A stretch of DNA of 64,000 nucleotides from an uncultured Alphaproteobacteria bacterium (GCA_937888725.1 CALARE010000010.1:4876-68875), one strand, 5' to 3'. Positions 29,112 through 43,506 are shown, numbered from the stretch's first letter. Numbers and translations: made by a program. The notes: generated by a model from the sequence alone, not told the origin.

Positions 29112-29968
29112 TTTTTGTCTCCTTGATTTATTTCACCCTGTAGATGTTTTAAATGCGTATCTGTCAGAACTTTATCAATAACCGACTTCACAAAAATATC
29201 TATTTTTTCATTTTCACGATAGTCGGCGGCAGCAATAATATCTGCTCGATCAACACCTAAAAAACTTTTAATTTTTTCTTGATCCTTTTTTTGAAAAACA
29301 GCAATTGTATGACCACCTTCTCTTTTAACAGTTTTCATTGAGGGGATATCTGTATCTCCATCACCAATATAAATCATATTTTCAAAAGGAATCGGCTTAT
29401 CTTCATCATCCATATGTGCATTTAAACTAGCATCGTCACCGACATCTAAACAACCCTTATTTATACGATATAAAAACTGTGTTTTATTTGTATAGTTCAC
29501 AACCAATGCTGGCCATAAGGCTTTCCCATTTTTATCATACATAAAACTTGATGCAAAAATCCCTTTAAAAAAGGGTGCGATTTTAGTCCCCTCCACCATC
29601 TCATTTAATCCAGATGAAATAATATAATGTTCTAAAATAACACCTTTACTTAATGCATAAGCATTCATTCTTGGGAACCATTCTTCTACCCCAGGAAAAA
29701 GTTGTACTTTAGATGCATATTCTGTCAAATCTTTTTTAGTAAAAGGAAGATTTATTTTTTCAGCTTCTTCTTTCATTTGATACATATATGCCAAAATATT
29801 ATCTACTTTTTGTGTTTTTGCAAGTGTATTACTTTTTTTCCAAAATGTGTCAGGGGTCATATTTAATTTTTCAATAAACCCATACTCTTGCATATTGCCT
29901 GGTGCTAACGTTCCATCGAAATCATAACATATTGCCATTGTAACTGTGTACGGCCTTTTTTTTAACAT
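29099..29968 (-). CDS. HAD-superfamily hydrolase
   Basis: Motif I ICYDFDGTLA. Motif IV IYIGDGDTDIPSMK. AAGAGG lies 5 nt upstream of ATG 29968. The track start at 29974 is GTG. Confidence 0.7.
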   Translation of the reverse strand: MLKKRPYTVTMAICYDFDGTLAPGNMQEYGFIEKLNMTPDTFWKKSNTLAKTQKVDNILAYMYQMKEEAEKINLPFTKKDLTEYASKVQLFPGVEEWFPRMNAYALSKGVILEHYIISSGLNEMVEGTKIAPFFKGIFASSFMYDKNGKALWPALVVNYTNKTQFLYRINKGCLDVGDDASLNAHMDDEDKPIPFENMIYIGDGDTDIPSMKTVKREGGHTIAVFQKKDQEKIKSFLGVDRADIIAAADYRENEKIDIFVKSVIDKVLTDTHLKHLQGEINQGDKKCKL

Positions 29969-29983
29969 ATTCACCTCTTATAT

Positions 29984-32077
29984 TTAAAAATGATACAATA
30001 ATTTAAAAGTTCCACCGTGTTCTTGATATGAGTGACGATAGGAACCAATATAATCTAAAGAAAAATCCAACACATTATTTAATTTTGCATTTAAACCCAA
30101 TTGAATTTGTGTTGCAAAACGCTCAAGCGAATCACCTTGCACAATGTATGTTGCACCATTATTTAATGTATTAACTGATTGTGTATTATTAGATTTTAAA
30201 TCATATGACAACAAAACACCAGCCCTTGGCGTAATGCAAAAATCATTTATTTTAATGCAAGTTGTTTCTACATCCATACCTGCCAACATTGTTAAATATT
30301 GGTATGTATTTTCTGCTATTCTTGTACCCAATAAATCTTGATAAGAATTTTGCTCAATATGTATATATCTCATTCCTACTTTAGGCGTGAACGTAATTTT
30401 TTCAAACTCATTATCATATCCCGCCATCGTTTGGAAAGCATACATATCTGAGTGATAGTTATCTGTTGATTTTAATGAAAGAATAGATTTTTCTTCCTCA
30501 TATTTTGAACGGCTATAACTTATAATTCCATCAACAAACCAATAAGATGGCTTGTATTTAACAAATGCAAATCCCGTGTTTGTATCAATATCTGTATCTC
30601 GCATCAATTGATTAACATCTGCATGGGTATAAGCATATCCTAAACCTAAACTAACATTTTGAGATATTTGCTTTGTTAACCCAATAGCAAAACCTTTTTC
30701 ATGGGTTTTAAATTCATTATTTTCATTATATTTTGCATATCCATAAAGTCCTTTCATCCACATTTTAATAGGTTCTAAATCATCACCACCAGAACGCCCT
30801 TTTAACAATGATGTCATGTGATTTTCAGCAACATTTGCAATATTTTTAAAATGGGAAGTCATAGCAACCTGAACAATTGGCTGTACATTTCCACCTAAAT
30901 TATCCAATGCTTTTTTAGCCTTTTGCATCAACACAGGATTTTTTGAATTTAAATGTTGAAATATTTCTTTCTGAGCTGTTTGAAACCTTAAATTTGAGCC
31001 TATATTTTCATGCAATGCCATAGCTACAACCGCTTGTGAATTATCTAAATTATAAGAAGTCTTCAATGCTAAAACATCACCGCTCATAAATGAATAGCTA
31101 CCATTTCCTAAATCTAAAATGTTGTATTTACTATCTAAAAATTGAACGGTTGGTAGCAAAGCGATATTTTCTATTTTAAAAATATGATACACACCTGTTT
31201 CAAAATCATCACCAAAAGCAACTTTAATTTTAGCATTTTCAGCTGATATAATTTCTTTAGCGGTTATTGATCCATAATCTGATAACTTATTCAATTTTAT
31301 GGTTAAATTTGAATCTTTTTCTAACACTAAATTATGGGCTGTGATATTTTTATTTTCAACATCTAAAGCTGTTTTGATTATCACATCCATATTTTGATTT
31401 GTTTCAAAATTGAATTTATCCACATTTGTGTTATTAAAATAGGTTAATTGAATCCCTTGTTTATCTGAGGTCAATCCCATCGCATATTGATGTTTATCCG
31501 TTACAACAAAAACATCTCTTGCTGAATGAAATGACACGCCATCTAAGACTTGAACAGAAATATCATTTGTCAACTGTGTGTTTTGTGAAACACTATTTGC
31601 ATTTAATTGTATTTTTGATAAATCGAGATTAAAAACTGTAGCAGCTGGATCAGCAGCTCCCGTACTATTTTGATTGTTTTGTTGAATTTTATCTGCTGAT
31701 AATTGTCCATTTTCTAAAAATACGTCAAAAATAAGATGGGTATTTGAAAGTGACAAATTATTATTATAGAAAATATGTTCTGACTCAACACCATCACTTA
31801 AATCAATAGTGCTATTTTCAAAATGGTATTTTTCACCTAAAAAATTACTATTTACTTTAAGTGTGACTGTTGATTTTTTAAATGTTACCTGTTCATCCGA
31901 ATCCAAATCCCAATCATCATACAGATCTTCATAATTAACATTATTAAAATTTTTTGTTTTTTCCCCATCAGCCATCACTGGTGTTGCAATTAAAAAACAA
32001 CCCAACAAAATACTTTTTTGCAAAACAAATAAATATCTTGATTTTAATTCTCTAAGCACTGTACGGGATACTTTCAT
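29984..32077 (-). CDS. autotransporter (passenger plus C-terminal beta-barrel translocator)
   Basis: Signal-like MKVSRTVLRELKSRYLFVLQKSILLGCFLIATPVMA. N-rich passenger. The C-terminal ~270 aa have an alternating beta-strand pattern ending ...FKLLYHF. Confidence 0.7.
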   Translation of the reverse strand: MKVSRTVLRELKSRYLFVLQKSILLGCFLIATPVMADGEKTKNFNNVNYEDLYDDWDLDSDEQVTFKKSTVTLKVNSNFLGEKYHFENSTIDLSDGVESEHIFYNNNLSLSNTHLIFDVFLENGQLSADKIQQNNQNSTGAADPAATVFNLDLSKIQLNANSVSQNTQLTNDISVQVLDGVSFHSARDVFVVTDKHQYAMGLTSDKQGIQLTYFNNTNVDKFNFETNQNMDVIIKTALDVENKNITAHNLVLEKDSNLTIKLNKLSDYGSITAKEIISAENAKIKVAFGDDFETGVYHIFKIENIALLPTVQFLDSKYNILDLGNGSYSFMSGDVLALKTSYNLDNSQAVVAMALHENIGSNLRFQTAQKEIFQHLNSKNPVLMQKAKKALDNLGGNVQPIVQVAMTSHFKNIANVAENHMTSLLKGRSGGDDLEPIKMWMKGLYGYAKYNENNEFKTHEKGFAIGLTKQISQNVSLGLGYAYTHADVNQLMRDTDIDTNTGFAFVKYKPSYWFVDGIISYSRSKYEEEKSILSLKSTDNYHSDMYAFQTMAGYDNEFEKITFTPKVGMRYIHIEQNSYQDLLGTRIAENTYQYLTMLAGMDVETTCIKINDFCITPRAGVLLSYDLKSNNTQSVNTLNNGATYIVQGDSLERFATQIQLGLNAKLNNVLDFSLDYIGSYRHSYQEHGGTFKLLYHF

Positions 32078-32208
32078 AAAAACCTCATTATCAAAAACTT
32101 TATAAGCACCACCGCAGTGCAAATAATCCTATAAACATACATAACTGACAAAAGGTTAATAAAAAGTAAAAACAATACAAATAATTATTATTTTTCAAAA
32201 AATTATAT

Positions 32209-33420
32209 CTATTCACCCGTTGTTTTTAATTCTTCAAATTTTTGTTTCATTGTCGGATTGTTTTTTGTTAAGCGTTTAACTGATAAATCTTGTGCTTTAT
32301 TATTCGCCAACCGCAAATTATTTTCAGAGGAGAGCAAAGCATCTTTTGTTTTTTGCAGATGATCAATTGTTTTATCAATCTCATCAATCGCTTTTCTAAA
32401 TTTATCACTCGCCAATTGAAAATTGCGTGCAAATTTATCTTTAAAATCATTCATTTCATCTTCAAATTTAGAAATATCAATATTCTGATTTTTAAATTCC
32501 GCAATTTGCTTTCGATACTGAACAGAATTCAGAGCCGCATTGCGTAAAAGTGATATCATTGGGATAAAAAATTGTGGTCTTATTACATACATTTTTGGAT
32601 ATTTGTGTGATACATCAACAATACCCGTATTATACAATTCATTATCAGCCTCTAACAATGACACCAATACAGCATATTCACATCCTTTTTCATTTCTATC
32701 TTTATCAAGTTCTTTAAAGAAATCTTCATTCTTGTGTTTTGTTGCAGTCGTATCCATTTCATTTTTCATTTCAAACATAATAGATACAAATTCAATCCCT
32801 TCAGGCGTTGCTTCCTTAAAAATATAATCCCCTTTACTACCTGATTTTGAGTCATTATCTTTCTCAAAATAAGCATTTGAAAAAGCCGTTGAACGTAATT
32901 TGTTAAACTCGATTTCACAATGTTGTTCAAGTGTTTCTCCAACCATTTTGGTGGACATTTTAGTTTTCAAATCTTTATAAAATGAGATTGTTTCATCTTT
33001 TGCTTTTAATTGAATATCAAAATTTTCTTTTAAAGATTGCTCCCGCAATAATGCATCTTTTTTACTATCATTTAATGCACTTTTAAGTTTTAAAATCTCT
33101 TGTTCTTTCAGTGCAATTTCTTCTTTTTGAATTGCAAGAGCCTCATTTAACGCCAATGCTTTTTCTTTATCATAAGAAAAAAGACGAGCTTTTAATTGCT
33201 CCATTTCATTAGAAAGAGCAAAAAGAGCTTTTTCTTTTTCAGCATGTAACTGCATTTTAACCAATTGTAACGCCTGTTCTTTTTCTTTTAAAAACTGCGT
33301 TTCTTTTTCTTTTAAATCTTTTTGAAATTCTTGTGTACGCACTTGATTAACAATAAGTGCATAATCAGATTCATCAACTGTAAAAACGTTTGAACATTTT
33401 GGACATTTAATTTCAGGCAT
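32209..33420 (-). CDS. DUF2130-like protein: N-terminal Cys pair, long coiled coil, C-terminal nuclease-like domain
   Basis: [20 protein letters not shown]. About 130 aa of heptad-rich K/E/L sequence. C-terminal GDYIF...IMFEMKNE fits a PD-(D/E)xK arrangement. The family call is from memory. Confidence 0.55.
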   Translation of the reverse strand: MPEIKCPKCSNVFTVDESDYALIVNQVRTQEFQKDLKEKETQFLKEKEQALQLVKMQLHAEKEKALFALSNEMEQLKARLFSYDKEKALALNEALAIQKEEIALKEQEILKLKSALNDSKKDALLREQSLKENFDIQLKAKDETISFYKDLKTKMSTKMVGETLEQHCEIEFNKLRSTAFSNAYFEKDNDSKSGSKGDYIFKEATPEGIEFVSIMFEMKNEMDTTATKHKNEDFFKELDKDRNEKGCEYAVLVSLLEADNELYNTGIVDVSHKYPKMYVIRPQFFIPMISLLRNAALNSVQYRKQIAEFKNQNIDISKFEDEMNDFKDKFARNFQLASDKFRKAIDEIDKTIDHLQKTKDALLSSENNLRLANNKAQDLSVKRLTKNNPTMKQKFEELKTTGE

Positions 33421-33576
33421 ATTTCCCTCTCATAAAATTTTAGGATTATTTTACACCAAACACCTATAAAAAGTCAATTAAAACCCCTTATTACATAGTA
33501 TAAAGTTTTATTGAAACAAAAATCACGCATCTTATATTTTTATTGTTTCAATTAACAATCAAAAAAGGAGAAAATT

Positions 33577-33750
33577 ATGGATAATAATTCACATTCAAAA
33601 AATGCACCTTCAAATAACAACCAAGAATATATGTCTCAACAATCTGAGCAACAAAAAAATAAAGATGCTCAATCAAATACACAAAATCAAGATAAACAAA
33701 ATACACAAAAAAACGAATATAATCAAAACAATCAAACAGCTGATTGTTAA
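33577..33750 (+). CDS. candidate 57-aa Asn/Gln-rich small protein
   Basis: AAGGAG lies 7 nt upstream of ATG 33577. Putative promoter TTGAAA-N16-TATATT upstream. Hairpins downstream. Product is MDNNSHSKNAPSNNNQEYMSQQSEQQKNKDAQSNTQNQDKQNTQKNEYNQNNQTADC. Below the ORF-track length cutoff. Confidence 0.4.
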   Translation: MDNNSHSKNAPSNNNQEYMSQQSEQQKNKDAQSNTQNQDKQNTQKNEYNQNNQTADC

Positions 33751-33796
33751 TTCACCTTACCTCGGGTTGTGTTCCTCCCTTCATAACCCGAGGATA

Positions 33797-33833
33797 GCAA
33801 AAAGCAGATAGGAATTTAGTCTATCTGCTTTTT
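33797..33833. terminator. bidirectional terminator
   Basis: AGCAGATAG(33803-33811)/CTATCTGCT(33821-33829). A-run before, TTTTT after. Confidence 0.6.
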
Positions 33834-33853
33834 GTATTTAGAAAAAAATTTTT

Positions 33854-33894
33854 AATATATTAAACCGCTCAGAAATTGAACGGTTTAATATATT
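33854..33894. terminator. 14-bp AT-rich perfect hairpin just downstream of pckG
   Basis: AATATATTAAACCG(33854-33867)/CGGTTTAATATATT(33881-33894), 13-nt loop. T-rich flanks on both strands. Confidence 0.5.
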
Positions 33895-33904
33895 TTTTAA
33901 TTGA

Positions 33905-35716
33905 TTATTTCTTCCTTTCTAAACGTTTTTGAAGAAGTAATAATTCTGCTTCAAAATCTTCAGGTAATCGTTTTTGTTTACGCAGTGGTTTAAAATAATC
34001 ACTTTGGGCTTTAACATCAGCAAGTGCCATATTAACATCAACACTCATCAACTCATTAAAGCGTTCTTCGCTCATATTAAGACCTTTCCACCGTAAATCT
34101 TGATAAGTTGGAGAATATCCAAACACACTTTCAACGGCACTTGCTTGACCATTAACACGTTTTACAATCCATTCTAAAACACGCATATTTTCACCAAACC
34201 CTGGCCAAATGAAGTGTCCCTCACTATCTTTTCTAAACCAATTTACACGGAAAATGAGCGGTTTTTTATCAAGTTTTGCACCCATTGAAAGCCAATGCAA
34301 CCAATAATCTCCCATATTATACCCACAGAAAGGCAACATAGCCATTGGATCACGCCTAATTTCACCCGTTTTCCCCTCAGAAGCGGCCGTTTTTTCCGAC
34401 CCCATTGTGCTGGCTAAATAAACACCATGTTGCCAATTGTATGATTGGTAAACAAGGGGCGTATTACTTGCCAAACGGCCACCAAAAATAAAGGCATCAA
34501 TTGGAACACCTGCTGGATTTTCCCACTCTGTATCAATTGATGGACATTGACTTGCTGGTGCCGTGAACCGAGAGTTTGGATGTGCTGCGGGTCTACCACA
34601 ATCAGGTGTCCAATCATTTCCTTGCCAATCAATTAAATGTTTGGGGGCTTTATCTGTTAATCCTTCCCACCAAACATCACCATCATCTGTCAATGCAACA
34701 TTTGTAAAAATAGTATTCGCCCTGCAAGATTCAACCGCATTTTTGTTTGTTTTTATTGAGGTCCCTGGTGCAACACCAAAGAATCCAGCTTCAGGATTAA
34801 TGGCTCTTAGCTGGCCTGTTTCATCAGGCTTAATCCATGCAATGTCATCACCCACGGTTGAAACTTCCCAATCAGCCATTGATTTTGGAGGAATAAGCAT
34901 TGCCATATTTGTTTTACCGCATGCACTTGGAAAAGCTGCAGCCACATAAGAAGAAAGCCCCAATTTTTTATTTTTTAACCCAACAATAAGCATGTGCTCC
35001 GCAAGCCAACCATTTTCCCTTGCCATTGTAGTTGCGATACGTAAAGCCAAACACTTTTTACCCAACAAAGCATTACCACCATAACCACTGCCAAAAGAGA
35101 TAATTTCCTTTGTTTCTGGAAAATGTGTAATATATGTTTTTTCAGGATTACATGGCCATGCAACATCTGTTTGCCCTTTTTTTAATGGCATACCGACAGA
35201 ATGAAAACATTTAACAAAATCTTTGTCTTTTAAGACAGTCCAAACCTTTTTACCCATTCTTGTCATGATTCGCATATTGGCAACAACATAGGGCGAATCT
35301 GTAATTTCAACCCCTATTTCTGCGATATTTGAACCTAAAGGCCCCATTGAAAATGGAATAACATACATTGTGCGACCACGCATACACCCCTTCATTAATT
35401 TTGAAAGCATTTTTTTCATTTTTTTAGGAGGTGCCCAGTTATTTGTTGGACCTGCATCAATTTCATTTTCCGAACAAATAAAAGTTCTACTTTCAACACG
35501 AGCAACATCTTTTGGATTGGAACGTGCTAAAAAGCTATTTGGTCTTTTTTTAGGATTAAGTGGAATAAAGGTGCCCTTTTCAACCAATAAAGAGCAGATT
35601 TTTTTATTTTCTTTTTCCGTTCCATCACACCAATAAATTTCATCTGGTTCAGTTACTTTGGCAATTGACATAACCCAATCAATAACCTTTTGATTTTTTG
35701 TTGGATATTTTTCCAT
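33905..35716 (-). CDS. pckG: phosphoenolpyruvate carboxykinase (GTP)
   Basis: 603 aa. [13 protein letters not shown] (kinase-1a), [12 protein letters not shown]... and NWFRKD are motifs of GTP-PEPCK. AGGAGA upstream. Confidence 0.95.
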   Translation of the reverse strand: MEKYPTKNQKVIDWVMSIAKVTEPDEIYWCDGTEKENKKICSLLVEKGTFIPLNPKKRPNSFLARSNPKDVARVESRTFICSENEIDAGPTNNWAPPKKMKKMLSKLMKGCMRGRTMYVIPFSMGPLGSNIAEIGVEITDSPYVVANMRIMTRMGKKVWTVLKDKDFVKCFHSVGMPLKKGQTDVAWPCNPEKTYITHFPETKEIISFGSGYGGNALLGKKCLALRIATTMARENGWLAEHMLIVGLKNKKLGLSSYVAAAFPSACGKTNMAMLIPPKSMADWEVSTVGDDIAWIKPDETGQLRAINPEAGFFGVAPGTSIKTNKNAVESCRANTIFTNVALTDDGDVWWEGLTDKAPKHLIDWQGNDWTPDCGRPAAHPNSRFTAPASQCPSIDTEWENPAGVPIDAFIFGGRLASNTPLVYQSYNWQHGVYLASTMGSEKTAASEGKTGEIRRDPMAMLPFCGYNMGDYWLHWLSMGAKLDKKPLIFRVNWFRKDSEGHFIWPGFGENMRVLEWIVKRVNGQASAVESVFGYSPTYQDLRWKGLNMSEERFNELMSVDVNMALADVKAQSDYFKPLRKQKRLPEDFEAELLLLQKRLERKK

Positions 35717-35899
35717 TTTTTATCTCTCCTATAATATGAAACCTATTTTTAATCATACTGAATAACCCTAAAAAGTCAAACCATTTTTTCGTAGATTTTA
35801 GCAAACCATACATACAGATGTTTTTAATATTTAGCACACAAAAAAGTTGAAATTTAAATTATTTCCTGTTAGCATAACAAAAAAACAAAAGGATTTATA

Positions 35900-36658
35900 A
35901 TGAAAAAAATTAAAACATTTCTCTGTCTTACTTTTTTAGGTTCTTTTTTATCAGGGTGTGCTGCAGGTGATAATTCTATTCCAGATACACCTGTTGAACA
36001 TCTTTATAATCAAGGGCATCATCACTTTTCTCAAAAAGACTATGAAGAAGCAGCTCGTTATTTTGATGAGGTTGAAAAACAGCATCCTTATTCTGCATGG
36101 GCACCAAGAGCACAAGTTATGACCGCTTTTTCATTCTATAATGCTGGCAAATATGATGATGCCATTTTAGCATTAGATAGATTTATTCAATTACATCCTG
36201 GGAATCGCAATATTGCTTATGCTTATTATTTAAAAGGGCTTTGCTATTTTGAACAAATGTCAGATGTTAGCCGTGAACAAAAAATGACAGAAGATGCTTT
36301 AGAAACGTTTAAAGAGTTGTTATACCGTTTTCCAAATTCAGTCTATGTGCCAGATGTGAATGAAAAATTAAAAGAAATCGCATCTCACTTAGCAGGAAAG
36401 GAAATGTCTGTTGGTAGATATTATTTAAAGAATCAAGAATATCTTCCCGCATTAAATCGTTTTCAATCTGTTTTAATTGATCACCCACATGCGAATCAGT
36501 CATCCGAAGCTTTATATAGATTAGCCACCTGTTATGTATCACTTGGAATGATGCCTGAGGCAAAACAAATGCAAACATTGTTGGCTCATTATTATCCTAA
36601 AAGTCCATGGACTGAAAAAACAAACAAGATGATTCAAAAATATACTAAAGAGAAATAA
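35900..36658 (+). CDS. bamD: outer membrane protein assembly factor BamD (TPR lipoprotein)
   Basis: Lipobox FLSGCA. TPR-like YxxAxxxF repeats. About 250 aa. Confidence 0.8.
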   Translation: MKKIKTFLCLTFLGSFLSGCAAGDNSIPDTPVEHLYNQGHHHFSQKDYEEAARYFDEVEKQHPYSAWAPRAQVMTAFSFYNAGKYDDAILALDRFIQLHPGNRNIAYAYYLKGLCYFEQMSDVSREQKMTEDALETFKELLYRFPNSVYVPDVNEKLKEIASHLAGKEMSVGRYYLKNQEYLPALNRFQSVLIDHPHANQSSEALYRLATCYVSLGMMPEAKQMQTLLAHYYPKSPWTEKTNKMIQKYTKEK

Positions 36659-40428
<3,770 letters not shown>

Positions 40429-40495
40429 AAAAAAAGAAGATATGATGTATTTAAGGGGAAGATATGATATCTTATTAAATATATAGGGCAAAAAA

Positions 40496-43144
40496 ATGGT
40501 AGACGAAAAAGACGTTGAAACAACTGAAAAGCAAGAGATATTAACACGCCCAGCTTACGGTCTTGGTGCAGAGGGGGAATTACTCAATCAAATTGCAGCT
40601 CCTGACCGTAAAGAAGAACGTGAAAAAGAAAAAAAGAAAAAGAAGAAATCACAGCAAAAACCTGTTTCTTCAATTTCTTTTATTATTTTAATGCGTAGCA
40701 CGTTGTTTATTGATGCAATAAAACGTAAATACAAAAAAGTTTTTCAATTTTTCTCATATATATGGATATTTTTTACCTGTCTTGTCTATGCTGGTGGAAT
40801 TACAATGATTTTCACCATTAATTATGCTCGAACACACTTTCCCATTATTGTTGAAACTTATCTAAAGAGAAATAATATTGAGGTTGAAACACTTGAGGTT
40901 TCAGATAACACTTTATCACGCATTCGTTTATCTAATGTACAAGATATGAATAATTCCTACCATATTAGAAATATGTATTTATATTCCTCATTTGGTGATT
41001 TTTTGCGTAAAAAAGTACATCGTGTTGAATTTGATTATTTAACAGTTAAAATAAAAGATACAGGTTCAGATGTCGAAATGAGTCCTCTTTTTTCTATGTT
41101 GTTGAATATGGATAACCAACAAGATGTCACCATCGACTCTGTTGTTATTAAAAATGCCTTACTTGAAATTGAAGGTAAAAATTATAAAGTGCCTATCAAT
41201 TTTTCACTTGATGCCCATTTTGGTGACACAAACGAAATGAATATTCCGTTGAGAATTCGAACAGAAGACACCAATTTAATGGGAAATCTTACATTAACAA
41301 AAACAGGAAAAGAATTTACTTGGACGCTTAGAAACCTACGCGGAACAACTAATTTATTAGATAAAAAAACAGAAAATTTATCAGGCTCTGTTGTATTAAA
41401 AACACGCGAATTAACACCTACAGATATTCAAATCAATGGTGTATTTGAACTTGGTTCTTCTGTTAAAAAAATTAAAGTTGATTTAAAAAGTAGAAAAAAA
41501 ACATTTGAAGGAACTTTAGATTTTTCAGAAGCAACAAAGCAAGACAACAAAGAAAATATCCTTACAAAATTATCTGTTGACTTTGATGCACTTCATATAA
41601 ATTCTTTTTCAAGTATATCTTCATTAAATCCAATTACTATTCATATTGAGCAAATTGGCAATCCATCTTTTTCTCTTAAAAATTTATCGGGGACATTATA
41701 CGGCAATTTAGCCTGTGTCAATTTAAATTGTTCTTATGACATCACTGATGATACGCCAATTTCAATTGAAAAGGTAATTTATAAAGATGGAGTCAACACA
41801 TATACAAATGATGAACCTGTTACTTTTACCGCAACTCAACAGGAAGATACTCTTAGATTATCTGGACATCTCTCTGTCGCAAATATCAAAGGGAACAATC
41901 TTGTCTTTGAAGGACAAAAACAACCTGCCAATACGAAATTGAAATTAAATGCAGATACTTTTTTAATTAAAACAGATGAATTAAACCCAGAGCGTTCCGC
42001 ATCATTTTCGGCACAACAGTTATATCTAAAAGCTCCTGAGCACGAAATAAAGAACGCATCAATATATATTAAAGATATATACCGTATTGAACATCAGTAT
42101 GCCCTAACCTCACCATATATTCAACTTTATAACAATGATGTGGTGAAAAAACCATTCTCTCTAAATATTTATTCCGAAAATGGACATACACAAGCTAAAG
42201 CTCTTTTTGCTGATGAGAAAATTCAAGCAAACTTTAATGGGATTGTAAATTTAAGTTCTGGTCATTTCTCTGGTACAATATTTATCCCACCTCTTTATCT
42301 TGAACAAATCAAAGATTTACCTCAAATTTCATCCCTTTTCCCTAAAGATATAGAGGATATAAAAGGACAAATTTCATTATATGGTAATATTGATTGGAAA
42401 AATGACAAACAAATTTCTGGTCCACTTTATCTTTCTTTAAAAAATATTTATTTTTCCAAAGGCAGTTCTAGAATTAAAAATTTAAATTCAGTTTTGGCAT
42501 TACAATCACTACAACCTTTTATTTCTCAATCAGCTCAAAATATTTCTATTGATGAAATCGAAGCTGGCATTCCAATGCAAAATATTCGTGCCTCTGTTAG
42601 ATTTGAAAATCAACAATTGCGTATATTCTCGCTCTCTAGCTCATTTGCTGGAATTCCACTTGTAGCTGATTTAACAACCATCCCATATAAAACAAACAAC
42701 TCATTTTTATATTTTAGAAATGGTTCTATTTCGTGGGAAGATGTTAATCCTTACTTAAAAATTGAAGGGTTATCTTTAGCTGGAAATGGTAGTATTTATA
42801 TTCCTGTTGAAGCAACGCCACAATCTATACAAATTAGAAATGCTGAAGTCAAACTCCTTAATACAATTTTGACATATACAGGTACAAATGAAGATTTAAA
42901 AAATACTCTTTTTAAAAATGCTGATGAATATATTATTAGAAGTGGCACATTTAATGTATCATCTCAAGCAAATAACATTTTGGATGCCTATATTAATATC
43001 GAAGGTAGAGAAAAAAATGAAACAGAACATCGGTTTTATCGTACTGACAAATCATTCAATTTTAATGAATTGTTTAAACCAGATAAAACTGAGCCCATTC
43101 CATCTCAAATTCTGAAATTACAAGATCAACTCTCACACAAATAG
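40496..43144 (+). CDS. large hypothetical membrane-anchored protein (possibly AsmA/YdbH-like)
   Basis: 882 aa. Lys/Glu-rich N-tail (EEREKEKKKKKKS). One TM region (IWIFFTCLVYAGGITMIFTI). Long beta-rich remainder. Size and architecture are reminiscent of YdbH/AsmA-like proteins, but this is a low-confidence recall. Confidence 0.5.
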   Translation: MVDEKDVETTEKQEILTRPAYGLGAEGELLNQIAAPDRKEEREKEKKKKKKSQQKPVSSISFIILMRSTLFIDAIKRKYKKVFQFFSYIWIFFTCLVYAGGITMIFTINYARTHFPIIVETYLKRNNIEVETLEVSDNTLSRIRLSNVQDMNNSYHIRNMYLYSSFGDFLRKKVHRVEFDYLTVKIKDTGSDVEMSPLFSMLLNMDNQQDVTIDSVVIKNALLEIEGKNYKVPINFSLDAHFGDTNEMNIPLRIRTEDTNLMGNLTLTKTGKEFTWTLRNLRGTTNLLDKKTENLSGSVVLKTRELTPTDIQINGVFELGSSVKKIKVDLKSRKKTFEGTLDFSEATKQDNKENILTKLSVDFDALHINSFSSISSLNPITIHIEQIGNPSFSLKNLSGTLYGNLACVNLNCSYDITDDTPISIEKVIYKDGVNTYTNDEPVTFTATQQEDTLRLSGHLSVANIKGNNLVFEGQKQPANTKLKLNADTFLIKTDELNPERSASFSAQQLYLKAPEHEIKNASIYIKDIYRIEHQYALTSPYIQLYNNDVVKKPFSLNIYSENGHTQAKALFADEKIQANFNGIVNLSSGHFSGTIFIPPLYLEQIKDLPQISSLFPKDIEDIKGQISLYGNIDWKNDKQISGPLYLSLKNIYFSKGSSRIKNLNSVLALQSLQPFISQSAQNISIDEIEAGIPMQNIRASVRFENQQLRIFSLSSSFAGIPLVADLTTIPYKTNNSFLYFRNGSISWEDVNPYLKIEGLSLAGNGSIYIPVEATPQSIQIRNAEVKLLNTILTYTGTNEDLKNTLFKNADEYIIRSGTFNVSSQANNILDAYINIEGREKNETEHRFYRTDKSFNFNELFKPDKTEPIPSQILKLQDQLSHK

Positions 43145-43217
43145 GAGGTTTTTTAGATAAAAAAAAGAGCAACATACTCAAAATAATATAATTTTTTATC
43201 AAAAAAGAAAAAAAGAC

Positions 43218-43246
43218 TTGCAAATTTTATATTTTTTATGTATAAG
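43218..43246 (+). promoter_or_regulatory. putative promoter of the rpmF-plsX-fabH operon (TTGCAA-N17-TATAAG)
   Basis: TTGCAA 43218-43223, TATAAG 43241-43246, about 70 nt upstream of rpmF. Confidence 0.35.
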
Positions 43247-43314
43247 ATAAACCCTATTGTAAGTAAAAGACATCAATGGTTGATGTTTAACAAATTAGAA
43301 GAAGAGAGATTAAA

Positions 43315-43506
43315 ATGGCAGTACCTAAGAAAAAAACATCCAAATCAAAAAAGAACATGCGTCGTTCACATTTGGCTTTGGGCACAAATGCATGTATTGA
43401 ATGTCCAAAATGTGGCGAATTAACACGCCCACACCATGTTTGTGAATCATGCGGTCATTACAATAAAAAAGATATTATTGTAAAAGAAACATCTGAAGCA
43501 AAATAA
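43315..43506 (+). CDS. rpmF: 50S ribosomal protein L32
   Basis: [19 protein letters not shown]. Zinc-ribbon CxxC...CxxC retained. Confidence 0.95.
   Translation: MAVPKKKTSKSKKNMRRSHLALGTNACIECPKCGELTRPHHVCESCGHYNKKDIIVKETSEAK

Noticed and set aside
43238-43423. 61-aa ORF overlapping the start of rpmF in another frame.
   Set aside because: The rpmF frame is unambiguous ([19 protein letters not shown]), and this ORF has no RBS or recognisable family.
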